Shown: one piece after another, positions 37,199-48,856 of the stretch
Layout: every line of letters begins with the position of its first letter
Position numbering within the stretch: the stretch's first letter is position 1
Assembly (NCBI RefSeq): GCF_001447785.1
Contig: NW_015160223.1
Location: 83,959-147,958, forward strand
Reading direction: 5' to 3'
DNA length: 64,000 nt
Source: Gekko japonicus
Lineage: Eukaryota
Made by a program: the position numbers and the translations under genes
Notes under the pieces: model-generated
Databases searched by the model: none
Seen by the model: the letters and a program-made list of their open reading frames with translations, nothing else
What the model was told of the DNA's origin: nothing

Positions 37199-38683
37199 GG
37201 TTAGCACCAGAACCTTGAACCTGATCCGGTACTCCACCAGGAACCAATGCAGCTTGTGCAGCACAGGTTGAATATGTGCTGCTCATGGAGTCTCAGGGGT
37301 GTGAGAAACAGAAGCTTCCACTGGATGTTGAATCTAAGTAAAGTACATTATTTGTAAGAACTGATTAAAATCTCTGTCGGCTCATTTACAGCAAGATGAG
37401 GAATGATACCATCAAAATGCAGCAACCTCACTATTGCTAAAGGCCTATATCATTTTTAAAACACCACACATACACAATTGTTACTCACTTATTGCGTAAT
37501 ATCAGGTACATTCTGACAAGATACTGCTTCTACTATAGAAATATCTGAGTTTCCTGCTACCTGTTTGGGGGGGGGGATGCAGTTTTTACTCTAACCAGTA
37601 CACTGTTGCGCTTACAATTAGGACTCGAAACACAACTTCTCAAATGTCATAGATAACTTACTGGACAATGACTGTGACATCACTAGTATCCAGCAGCACA
37701 ACTCAAGCTCATGGTCATTCTTGCAGGTTTATTTTTTACTTCTCTAGATGATTTCTTTTTTCTTGTACCCTGTGGGAGTGCTCATGTAGTCCCTTGAAAA
37801 ATTAAAATAAAAAACCCTAGTAATGCCCCACCATTAAAAAAAAAAAGTTTAATGATACAAGGACATGCTCTCCCCTTCAGCCCTGAAGACCTCTTTTCTT
37901 ATCCCTCCAAGATTTACCTTTTTGTTGGTAAAACCAATAGGGGACACATACACCCCACCGCCAAATATGTGTATGTTGTGCTACTGACCCTGGACTGGAA
38001 CTAAAATAAGTATAGAAGGAAAAGTCAGAGAATTTTTATTATTGTTTGGAAAAACACCAAGTGACCGCAGAGCAGTTTCTAATACGCAGTATATAAGTTC
38101 AAAATTGATTTTATGTCCCGTTAAAAGAGTAATGTCCAACATCCCCAAATTGTATACAGGACAAAACTGTTTATGATGTTAAGTTTACAATCCTAATGAT
38201 ATTTACTATGGAGTAAGTCCCATTGAAATAAACAGAATTTCCTTCTGAGTATATATATTTAAGACTGTACTGTTGGTTATCTTTCTGACTCACAGAGACA
38301 CTCTACATGACTCCCATTTTTAAAAAATAATAAAATGCAACAAACACATCAGATCTCACATTAAAACAATCACTGCATCTAATAAAGAAGTGACTGGTCC
38401 ATGTGCAGATGACGAAAACAGCAAAACCAGGCCACCTACAGACAAAGTAGGGATCTCTGCCTACACAGGAATCACCCTAGGTATTAAAAAATATAAAATG
38501 GTAATTAACCAAAGGGAAAAACACATACAAAAACAGTCTGATGAGGACTAAAGATGATCCAGAAGGAAGGGAATGTTGAGAGTAGCTGAGTGTCAGTTAA
38601 AGGACAAAGGCTCTCTCTAACTTGACACAAAAAAACCCAGACTATCATACCACAAAACCTCTTTGCGGGTAGTTTTGCTTCTA

Positions 38684-39822
38684 CTATGAATTCTTAGCCT
38701 GAATGAAAGTTTGCTCTACTTCTTGCATTTGGGCCCTCCCTCTTTTTAAGTAGTTTTCCACTTGCTGGTCAAAGGTTTGAAGGGTCCAATGCTTTGAGCT
38801 GTTCAACGGAGAAAAGTCATACTTCTGAAGAAGGCTCCCTGGAGCATTGGTAGGCTGGAACACCATGTCCTTTTGGGAGCCATGTGTGTCATTGATGTCA
38901 TTTTGAACAGGGTGCAGTGTTGCTGAGGGGACACAGTCTTCCAAGCCTACTTGGCAAAGATGATTGTCACCCCCCAAGCTGGAACAAGGAGTCCTGACAA
39001 CCACTTCAAAACAGGGCAGTGTGTGCTTTGATGTTACACTCGTCTCATGTTTTTGGAACGGATCAGCAATCTTGTCCTCTGACTGATGTTTGATAGATGT
39101 CACATCAGACTGCACTGGAGAATGTCCACTCTGGTCCTCCAGTTTTTGAGGTTTTACCATCATTATTGTCTGCTTCCCTCTACCCAGAGAGTACCCAGAA
39201 CACCTTCCTTTAGAATAAGGCAGAGATTTCTTCAGGGGCTTTGGGCAGCTTTGCTGGGAAACCTCTGCATCCTGGCTATCTTCAAACAAAACCCCCTTTG
39301 GAACTTGGCAACAGGAAGTTAGTTTTAGTATCTTTGAGGGCCTTTCCTGCCTCTTGCTTGGTAGCTGCATGAATCTTTTCACCGATTCAGGTACTTTGGA
39401 CTCCTTAAGTGACTCATTTTCCGATCTCAAGTACTGCCTGAAATATTTCTGACATTCTGCCGTCTTCACTACTGGGATTATGGAACAGGGCTTCAGCCAA
39501 GCCACAAACTGCAGCAACTCTTGGAAAGATGAGTGGTCTGAGTAAGGAACAATGTGGGCATCAGGGTGACTGATCTTCACTGGCCGACTGGTGGGGAGGA
39601 TAGCTATGGTTGGATGCCTCTGGTTCCAGCGGATCATATTTGTTTGGCAGATTTCTGAAAAATCCACAACATGAATCCAACCAGCCTCTTCCTCAGTTCT
39701 GAACACATTCTCCAGCCCCAGTAGCTTCATCAATTCAAGCTTCCTAGGACTCACCACAATCCAAGTGCCAAATTCTTGAGCTAGCTGTACCAAGAGGGAC
39801 TCCTTTCCCAAAGTGTAGGTAC
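38684..39822 (-). CDS. DCLRE1B: DNA cross-link repair 1B / Apollo 5' exonuclease, last coding exon
   Basis: Acceptor CTTTCCAG| at 39823; GTYTLGKESLL, IAILPTSR, VPYSDHSSFQEL (beta-CASP), C-terminal FDQQVE; stop at 38684-38686. Spliced CDS 189+166+183+1139 = 1677 nt, 558 aa. Confidence 0.96.
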
Positions 39823-40338
39823 CTGGAAAGGATAAGTAATCACTTTAATGTTCAAAGGCCATATGGAATGATCCTGTTAATTCAACCTTCACAGATCATT
39901 TCAGAGAAATGTAGTAATACATCAATCTGAGGGCATTTGGATATAGCAACAGTTTAGTTGCTAGACTTTATTACTTTTGAAACCAAGACTTCAAGGAACT
40001 GAAACACCACACCTTCTTTGACAGAGAGAAATTGAGTCCACACTTTAAAATATCTGTAAACTTGCCATTCTGAATAACTATCCAGACTCTGCAGATTTTC
40101 TGTATTCTGCAGTTATAAACTAGATGAGATTATCTTTAACAAATGACACTGGAAAAGCACGCTTATAAACTGAAAAAGACATACTTTTTGTCCTCAAATA
40201 TTAAATCTGTTTCACTTTTGTGCTCTGCTTATTTGGAGTGTCACAGTAAACTGATCTGCTACCCACTTTGTTTGAAGGTCAGCAGCTTGCCTCAATCACC
40301 ATTTGGAAATTTCACCCCAATCTTGTAGGACAGCTCAC

Positions 40339-40521
40339 CAATTTTAACCAGGTGACAGGGGTGGGCCCTGATCAGCTCTTTGATTTGCTCAGTGGCCTTC
40401 TGCCGGGATGGTAGGATAAGCTCAGGATGGCAGTTGGTAGTGTCCAAGTAGAGAACATTGATCAGTTTTGTGTTCTTCAGAGCTGGCTCCTGCTGCATGT
40501 CAGGATTGTAACGAAAATCAC
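40339..40521 (-). CDS. DCLRE1B: DCLRE1B coding exon 3
   Basis: CAG|GT GAT TTT CGT (GDFRY), LYLDTTNC; donor G|GTGAG; 183 nt, frame consistent. Confidence 0.96.
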
Positions 40522-40934
40522 CTGCTCAGAAAAATATCAAAGGTTTTCAGAATAACATACCTACCCCTGTCAAGAGAAACAACCACTTAGAAGTTGGCAG
40601 AAGTAGTTTTAATGTCTTCATTTATCCTTGCAATACCTTTGGGAAATTACTATGTCTAAATGACTGTTACCCATGACCAAAAAGTGAGTGTTGAAGATGA
40701 AGGGAGATTTAAATTTGTGCTCCCACACCCAAGACAAAACCTCAGCCAATGTAATATAATAGCTACCAATAGCCCACAACAGGGTAGTAGTAGCAGCAGT
40801 AGAATGTATTGTATTTAGCCATTGGCCATTACAAATTTTACAAAATCATAAAATACATTAACAGGTAAAACTTTAATTTAAATTAGTTAGGCCCATAATA
40901 GTGACAACTGTGCAATACTGCAGAAATGGGAAGC

Positions 40935-41120
40935 TATTTAATTTATACGTCACTCACCTTTCTCCCTAAATGAGGGCCAAAAGCAGCTTATGTTGCATCA
41001 CCTCCATTTTATCCTCACAATAACTTTGTGAGGTAGGTTAGATGAGAGTGTGTGACTGGCCCAAGGTCACCCAGCAGAGTGGGGATTCAGACCTGGCTCT
41101 CCCAGATCCTAGTCCGATAG
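40935..41120 (-). mobile_element. CORE-SINE (Squam3/MIR-related)
   Basis: tcctcacaataactttgtgaggtaggtta...ggcccaaggtcacccagcagagtggggattcagacc...ctaacaactacacca. Confidence 0.7.
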
Positions 41121-41298
41121 TCTAACAACTACACCATACTATAAGAAGCGACGCTTTTTAGAGATCATCATGTAGTTGTCATTAAGATCTTAGCATTGGG
41201 GGGAAAATTAAGAGGAAGTAAAGTTGGGAGGTGGAGGAAAATATTAGGAAGAGTTCAAAATATGAGATGCCCATCTCTCATAAACAAAGAATTCATAC

Positions 41299-41464
41299 CT
41301 GTGTAGAGGATGACACCGAAGTAGCCTTCAAAGAGAAACATGACAGATCCAGGACAATGGTTAGCATCTATCAAGGTCACAGTCATAGTTTCTTGGCCAG
41401 TGTCATCCATAGGCATGACGTGGCTCTCCCCCACTTCAAGAGGGTGGATCCAGCACTCAGCAAC
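41299..41464 (-). CDS. DCLRE1B: DCLRE1B coding exon 2
   Basis: TTCCAG|GTT GCT; [31 protein letters not shown]; donor AG|GTATGA; 166 nt. Confidence 0.96.
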
Positions 41465-42416
41465 CTGGAATCAAAATGAATGCATGTTACAGTCAATCAA
41501 AGTCTTCCTTTAAGACAGCAGTTCTCAAATTTTAGGAACCAAAAGCCCCCATTTTGATATGGGGGGGGGAGAAATTAAGGATCAACAAGCCCTCCCCTTT
41601 TCCCTCACTGGTACCCACCATATGTCACAAAGCCCCTTTCAAAGCGTGTAGCAAGCTGTATGTGCCCCATGGCGGCTTCCATCCTCTAGTGCCCTCTAAG
41701 CATTACAGTAAGAACTACATCAGTGACATTTTAAAAGCAAGTGTTGCTTGTCCATGGCCTACAAGGTCAGGTCTTAACAAGGGTAACAAATTTTGTAAGG
41801 CTACAATCAAAAATCCCTCACCCACATTCTAATCAATCTCCCCACAACCTAGATTGGCCAGGACTTTGTACTTGGAACTGCAAAAAAAAAATCCTTATTA
41901 ATATCTTCCAGCCAGAGGCTTGGTAAACAGAGGTGGGAAGGGGCCCGGAAAAGCTTTCACAGCTGTTCACAGAAACAGAAAAAACAATACCAGTGTCACA
42001 AAAAACAAACTTCCAGTATTCAGTTGTCCATATTGTCTATGAACAGAGTGGTCTCTCTTGCGATACCTTTCGCATTGAAAAATGCAAACGAACAAAAATT
42101 ATTTTATTTCTGAAGTCACTATAACTGTATTAGCCCTGTACTTTATTAGTCCAACTCAGCCAACTAGGTCTGAATGATTAGATCCTGGCAGGTTTTCTGG
42201 TTAGTGATCAGGAAACTAGGTGCCTACGCAGTGGTGGTGGTGGTGGGTATGAGAAGACGGAGAGGACTCCATTTTCATGTAAACTAGATAAGCGTGTGAG
42301 GGGCACAACTCTCTTGTCTTTACAGAGGATTCACAGACTCTGTGAAATTTGACTCTCCAGTTTGAGAAGCACTGCCATAAGAAATACAGTAGAAAACTTG
42401 ACAGATCTATATTTAC

Positions 42417-42605
42417 CTTCAATTTCAAATGCAAGATTTGACCAGTAATAGGAGAACAATAGATAGGCTGGCTCCAGGTGCTAGAAAGGCCCACTGTATG
42501 GTCACTGTGCATGTGAGAAAGAAAGAATAAGCGAGCTTGGCTAGCTTTTCTTATATTCCAGAAATCCACTGCTATGGGCGTGCCTGCAATCAGAGCCCCG
42601 TTCAT
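42417..42605 (-). CDS. DCLRE1B: DCLRE1B coding exon 1 (metallo-beta-lactamase HxHxDH motif)
   Basis: [16 protein letters not shown]...[18 protein letters not shown]; ATG at 42605; donor AAG|GTAAAT; 189 nt. An upstream acceptor gives an exon start at 42626. Confidence 0.96.
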
Positions 42606-43800
42606 CAATCCAACTCTTTCAGACTCCTGTAAACCAAGAGAAAGATGTGAGTATCATCAAAAAGAGGTTTGGAGAAAAAACTTATAGACTGGGATACCTG
42701 ATGTTCAGAATGGGATAGTCTGCCATCAAGGGTATGAACTGGATCAAGACAATATAGGACTTTGACAGCCCTATGTAATCAACAGGCATATACTAATTAT
42801 TCCCAGTTAAAGGGACTGAGGTTCTGATGATAGTACATCGTGACATTCTTACAGCTCAATTGCAAGCACTGTCTTAGAGGTAAATCCCACTAAATTCAAT
42901 GTTACTGTAATCCATAAATTAAGACTTGAGTAAACATATCAAGGACAGAGCTACTGATTCTTCACTTAAACAGCTAATAAAACACAGAAAAATTCAGATT
43001 CTATTGTAGATTTCTGAGAACTATTTGAATACTGGGGACACTGTTCTCCTCTCTCAGTAAAGGAAGGATTAGCTGTTAGTTCACTGTATATCCTGTGCAG
43101 TAGGGCCCCAGCCACACTAGTCCTTCATGCAATATAATTCAGCTGTAGTAGTAGTCTTATCTGAAAGAGATCCTTGAAAGTTCTCCACAAGTCAGAATGC
43201 ACTGTCCATGATGGGAGCAACATATTGTCACTTGTTCTAATTTCAGTGGGGTAGCCATGTGCAGAAGTGGGTTCTACTCAGTCATGATCCAAGCCACGTG
43301 GTAGCCTACAACTATGAGAGGGAGGGAAGGCAAGCCAAATCAGCTTCTTGGCCTCCTTTCAAGTTTGCCCCTCTAACTTTACTCTACCAACGGGTGGAAC
43401 TCTTTTTTCCTATCAGCTAGCTTCACCCAATAGCCTTTTCTATATAGTATTACGGATTTCTTACAGGATCCGATTAAGTCATAATTGCCATAGACAGTGG
43501 GATGGCTTTTAGATGGAGTGTTGAAAACAAAGTTTCAGGGACTGTGCATTTATGCATTATGCAACAAAGTCAAGTTTTTACTGAAGATTTTGGAAAGCAT
43601 CAATAATGTATAACAAAAAATACAAAAATATACCAAATTTTTAAACATAGGTTACAAAAGACTGTAAGAGTATTTCAAGTAAGATAATAAAAACATAAAA
43701 CACATCCACCCAACCCTGACTAAACTGTTCCGTATTCTGCTAGGATCCAGAAAAAAGCAATTTCTTTTCATTCAACCTCCTTTCACAGATCAGCTCCTTA

Positions 43801-44019
43801 TAGGGATGCCAGCCTCCAGGTGGGACCTGAGGATCCCCCAGAATTACAGCTCATCTCCAGACTAGAGATCAGTTCCCCTGGAGAAAAAAAGATGCTTTGG
43901 AGGGTGGAATGTAAGGCACTGAGGTCCCTGTCCTCTCCAGTTTCCCATCCTGCACCTGGCAACCCTACCCCCCCGCCCCCAATCCCCCGCTGGTGGCCAG
44001 AGGGGACCTGGCAACCCCA
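43801..44019. mobile_element. hAT-type MITE
   Basis: TIRs TAGGGATGCCAG...CTGGCAACCCCA; perfect 8-bp TSD GCTCCTTA (43793-43800 / 44020-44027); internal extra TIR copy at ~43956-43967. Confidence 0.85.
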
Positions 44020-44463
44020 GCTCCTTACCTTGTTATACAGCCAATTTCTCCTCACTTCTTTCTGATGCTCTGACTTGTCCTTCTTTCTTCTCACTAGGTA
44101 GGTTCCTCTTGCTTATGTAAGTTAGATCTGGCACTCTGCCATAGATTTTGACAGATCAGTATGAGCTTTCAGTTAGGCTGACCTTATTTTCTGCCTGAAA
44201 ATAATCAACACTGTTTTTGCCCCAAAGCAAACAAAGTACAAGAAATATGAAGCACAAAATGATAGCTTCAAATTCTTCCCATAGCCCACAAAAGTTTGTT
44301 AGAATAAAACTATTGGTCTTTAAAATTGCCACCAGACTCTTTTTTCTCACTTGTGAAATTATCCTTCCCAGTATGAGATGCAGAATTATTGTGCATCATA
44401 TCTGAGTAGAATTATGGTATGGAATTAATAGGTCAGAGGCCAACAGCATCTCTGGATAGTAGT

Positions 44464-44738
44464 AGAAGAAGAAGAGATTGGATTTAAACTCTGCCCATCA
44501 CTACTCAAAGGTGTCTGAGCGGCTTACAAACTCCCTTCCCTTCCCCTCCCCACAAAAGACACCCTGTGAGGTGGGTGGGGCTGAGAGAGCTCTGACAGAA
44601 ACGGCTCTTTTTCAAGAACAGCTCTTATCAGAACTATGGCTTGCCCAAGGCCATCCAGCCAGGTGCAAGTGGAGGAGTGGGGAATCAAACCTGGTCCTCC
44701 CAGATTAGAGTCCGCGCACTTAACCACTACACCAAACT
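44464..44738 (-). mobile_element. Squam3-like CORE SINE
   Basis: Reverse complement of the 28582-28864 family, with tail and tRNA head. Confidence 0.9.
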
Positions 44739-44999
44739 AGTACTGTGAACAGCTCCGAGAGCAAGCTAACAGTTAAGATCTTTTCCATCAATGGCCCACC
44801 GGCACAGGTAAGGTATGCGGCAGAGACAGGGCTTTTACAATGGTGGCACTTCACCTTTGGAATATCCCCCGAAGCTGTCACTTAGCTACCAAGTTAAAAC
44901 ATCTCCTTTACACAAACCTTTAATTGGGGGGGGGGGGTTTCCCATCTTTTTTTAGTTGCATTATTATCAGCTTGTAGCCTGAGAGCTTCTTTATGAATA

Positions 45000-46030
45000 T
45001 CATTTTATTTATTCACAACATTACAAACAATTAAAATACATCATAAAACCAATTAAAATTGAGCTAAAATACACATATAAAAGTACGGGCACAAAATTAA
45101 AACACAAGGCAGGAAGGAGGGATCATTGAGGGAGCATCAGAGGAAGGAAAAAAGTCTTCACCCACTGGTGGAAGACAGTGACATAATTTGGGCACCATGA
45201 CCAGGAAGGCCACCTCTCGGGCTGCCACCCATCTAACCTCAGAAACCAGGGGCACCCAAAGCAGGACCTCAAATGATGACTGCAGCAGTTAGGAAGGTTT
45301 GTATGGGAGCAGGTGGTACAAAAGGTATGCTGGACCTGAACTGTATTGGGCTTTGAAAGTCAACACCCAGCAGCTAGAACTGGACCCAGGAAGAAAATGA
45401 GAGCAAGTCTAGATTGAAAACTGGAGTAATACTCCAGTTAACCTCCTGGTTGCAGCATTTTGCACAAACTGACGTTTCCAAACATTTTTCAAGGGCAGAT
45501 CCCTGTAGATTGCATTGCAGTAATCTGATCTAGGTGTTACTTCCCTGTAGAGTGCATTGCAGTAATCTGATCTAGGTGTTACTGGGGCATCCATCACGGT
45601 GACCAGATCCTTTCTGCTCAGGAAATGTCACAGCAGGTTGACCATTCAACGGTGATAAAAGGCACCCCTGGACACCTCTGCCACCTGTTTATCCAGAAGT
45701 AGGCCTGGATGCAACAGCACCACCAAGCCATGGACCTGTTCCTTCAAGAGAAGCCCAATCCCCTCCAGGGAAGAAGATACCTCAAATCCTACCAGTAGCA
45801 CTTCTATTTTGTCAGAATTAAACTTCAGTTTATAAACTGTTATCCATTACAAAACTGTCTGCACGAGCTGATGCACCATTCCTACAGCCTCCCTGGGATC
45901 AGCCAAAAGCATGAAATAGAGCTGAATGTCATCTGCACATCCAGCCCAAATCTCCAGAGGATCTCACCCAGTGATTACATGTTAAAGACAAGATGAGACA
46001 AGATGGGACCCTGCAGGATTTCCTACTGAA
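45000..46030 (-). mobile_element. Old L2 LINE RT/3' fragment
   Basis: SDYCNALY (duplicated as a 42-bp tandem repeat), VQNAATR, YADD remnant (~45930), KLNSDKIEVL. Confidence 0.75.
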
Positions 46031-47269
46031 TGTCTGAACCTAGGCTATTGTGTTATTTAATGTAATTTTTAGTATTAACAATAATTCTTATGTTACTTTT
46101 ATGATTTATTGTATTGGATAGATAGATAACCTTTGTTGGCATGTGAAAAATAAAAGTACATTACATTTTTTTTAAAGTACATCGATCATAAGACCAACCA
46201 AAATGAAATAGATCAGTTAATAGCTTCCCTGGATTGAATTGCAGACTGGAGAAAACAGGTGACATTAGAGGTTATGAGAAAGTTGTGTCCAGAAAGTAAC
46301 CACTGAACCTTGACACTGTCAGGGAGGCCACACCATGTACAGAGAAGGGAGTTCAGAAATTTTTCTCTAATTTTAATGTATAATGTTGGACAATTTAGTA
46401 GAATATGGGGAATTACTGTATTGTTTTTACTTTGTGAGTGCCCTAAGTAGTTACCTGGAGAGCCAGCATATACATTTTCTAAACAAACAGGCCAAGGGGA
46501 ATGTGGCTTATGGATCAGAGGCAGGAAGTGCTAAAATGATTTACCAGAGATCTTCTTGTAACTTAAACTGCAGTTGTCTTCCCCCCCCCAAAAAAGGACA
46601 ATAATCAGAGGCGGTGGGCTGGCATCAGGATTCATTTCCTGACTGTAAATGTTAAAACATATGAGTCCTGCTCTGTAGGACTTCTTGCAACCAAACCGCA
46701 CTCATTTCAAACAATGAGAGCCGAGAATTATCAGTAAATAGGTGCTCAGAAGGGCCTGCAAGGATCTTATGCAAAATTAGATCCGACTCCTTGCACGAGA
46801 ACACTTTGCATATCTCGTGTGCTCAACACTACGAGCAGACACTGCGCTTTTATGGAAGCTTACTCTGAAGTAAATACATCGATTATAACAGGACTTACAG
46901 ATAAGCCTGTCGCAGGTATCTCACATCACTGAGGTATCCTTTCCGAGTAAACATGCATCTCGTGTGCCGTGGCGGTGGCAGGGCTCCGGGAGTAGTCGGC
47001 GGCGAGCAGGATAAACCGCTTTACAGCCAGGGACTGGTGCCAAAAGGTTTGCCGTTGCACAAGCTGCTCCAGAGCCGACTCGATCTCCTCTCCCCGTCCC
47101 CAAATCAGGATGCAGCGAGGAACAGCGTCGCCTACTGTGGTTCGTAGCAAGCCTGTGCCACAAAACGGAACAGGCGGGTTCTTGACTTAAAAAAATGTTT
47201 TGAGGGGGACTCTCTAAACACTCCTGCTCGATTCTGAAAGGGAAGAAATAGTGGCGGTAGAGCTACCAG

Positions 47270-47450
47270 CCGCTTCATCCCCGCCCCCGTTCAAATCTTG
47301 CGCATTACGAGGCACTAGAAGAATTTAAAGCACGCTTCCCGCCAAAGAACAAGGAAAGTTTACTCACTCACAAGACACTGCATTAGGTGCGCATGCGCCA
47401 CAAAAAAAAGAGGCTTGTGCCACTTGAGATTGGCTAGCGGAAGTACGGAG
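47270..47450 (-). promoter_or_regulatory. DCLRE1B: DCLRE1B-side promoter module (ETS/GABP, NF-Y, NRF1, E2F, CHR, GC box)
   Basis: GCGGAAGT 47437-47444, ATTGG 47429-47433, TGCGCATGCGC 47388-47398, TTCCCGCCAAA 47336-47346, TTCAAA 47290-47295, GC box ~47278-47288; CpG-rich. Confidence 0.7.
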
Positions 47451-47898
47451 GCTTCGTACTCGAACGTTCGCTGAGAATCGGAGCGATTTTCTAGGGCTAA
47501 AAGAATAAATCCCATGCAGGTTCTTAATTCCGGTTCCGATAAAATCTTGGATGTGCGGAGTAAGGCTGCAATCATGAGAACATTTTCCCAATGAATAAAC
47601 TAGAACTTACTTCCAAGTAGACCCGTTTAGGATTGCACTGTAAGAATGGTTACAGTACGCAAGCTCGTTTTTCGTCGCAGTGGTTTCAACTAATGATGTC
47701 TTCTATTATCCCCCTCCCAGATATCTTGCCTGTTTCTCGTTACTTCTGAGTTTCTGATTTGTTTATTGTTTTCAGTGACTATGGGGGGAAAGGTTAAAAA
47801 CTGGATTTCAGCACTTGAGGTTTTTTTAAAAATCAAGGATACGGCGGCTAATTCAATCGACGAAACTGGATTAATTAACGGAGCTGATTCAATTTAAA

Positions 47899-47948
47899 AA
47901 CTACATCTCCCAGAGGACTTTGCGACTGAGGGGAACGGGAACTGTAAT
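47899..47948. promoter_or_regulatory. Inverted pair of ZNF143 (SBS/ACTACA-type) motifs
   Basis: AACTACATCTCCCAGAGGAC at 47899-47918 and reverse-oriented GGGAACTGTAAT at 47937-47948. Confidence 0.6.
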
Positions 47949-48052
47949 GTGCATTTATATGATTCTCCCCGCCCCCCCCCCCCCCTCCGGTGGCTGCTGA
48001 CCTGGGAAACACCCGACTGACGAAGTGTAGAACATATTCAATACTACTAATT

Positions 48053-48192
48053 ACTGGGTAGACAGAAAAGAGATTGTTAATGGAGGCAGTCCTAAAAATA
48101 TGGGCTTTGTAGGTCTTAATCAACTGTGTAGACAGAAAAGAGATGGTTAATGGAGGCAGTCCTAAAAATATGGGCTTTGTAGGTCTTAATCA
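48053..48192. repeat. 70-bp tandem duplication (2 copies, 2 mismatches)
   Basis: 48053-48122 and 48123-48192. Confidence 0.95.
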
Positions 48193-48374
48193 GCACCTTG
48201 AATTAAACTCGAAAACAAAGTTAACTAAAGTAATGACCTCAACACAGGTGTAAAGTATCATTTGTGGCTAACCCAGAGAATAAACGAACAAGCCCCAGGT
48301 TTTTACATGAGTGGTTTCCATTTTTTAAAGGCACATAGCAGGATGTGCTCGGTACGTTTCTGCCAAACAACTGT

Positions 48375-48443
48375 TTTTATGTATTTTATTTGACTTATAT
48401 CCCGCTCTCCCCCGCCACAAGCGGGCTCAGGGCGGGTCACAAC
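48375..48443 (-). mobile_element. Short L2 3'-tail insertion
   Basis: ttatatcccgctctccccc...gggctcagggcgggtcaca. Confidence 0.7.
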
Positions 48444-48599
48444 ATTTCGCTTTGTGTGTAAAAAGCACCGGGGGGGGGGAGTAATGCTACGGCGGATGTT
48501 CTCAAAGAACTTTACCATCTACCTACGTATCTTCTAGGCCTGCTGACCTTGTATAAGTTTTTACGCACATTTCGGTACTTTTCTACCACTCTGACCCGT

Positions 48600-48856
48600 A
48601 CATGGAGGATTCTAGTCAGGCCGCCGGAAGTTGAACTCGAGCTCTACGAAGAGTTTCCGGTTGCATAAGGCGAGTGGGTGGAACGAGCGAGGTTCGTGCT
48701 TAGATCCGTGTGAAAGATAAACGGGGGCTTGGTAACTCCCCCCCTCTTTTACTTGCCCTCCTGGGGTTTCCATGATAACGACCTTTCCCCACTTTTCCGG
48801 AGTCTTACGGGGTTCCCTATATAAGATTTCATGTTATGGCTGTCTAGCTTTTAAAC
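48600..48856 (+). promoter_or_regulatory. AP4B1: AP4B1-side promoter / 5' region
   Basis: CCGGAAGT 48624-48631, TTTCCGG 48654-48660, X-box-like GTTTCCATGATAAC 48766-48779; CpG-rich; adjacent to the gap. Confidence 0.55.

Noticed and set aside
46893-46898. GTAAGT as the definite DCLRE1B exon 1 donor
   Set aside because: It lies in what looks like a degenerate palindromic MITE whose consensus contains GTAAGTCC, and alternative donors exist; not called without transcript data.
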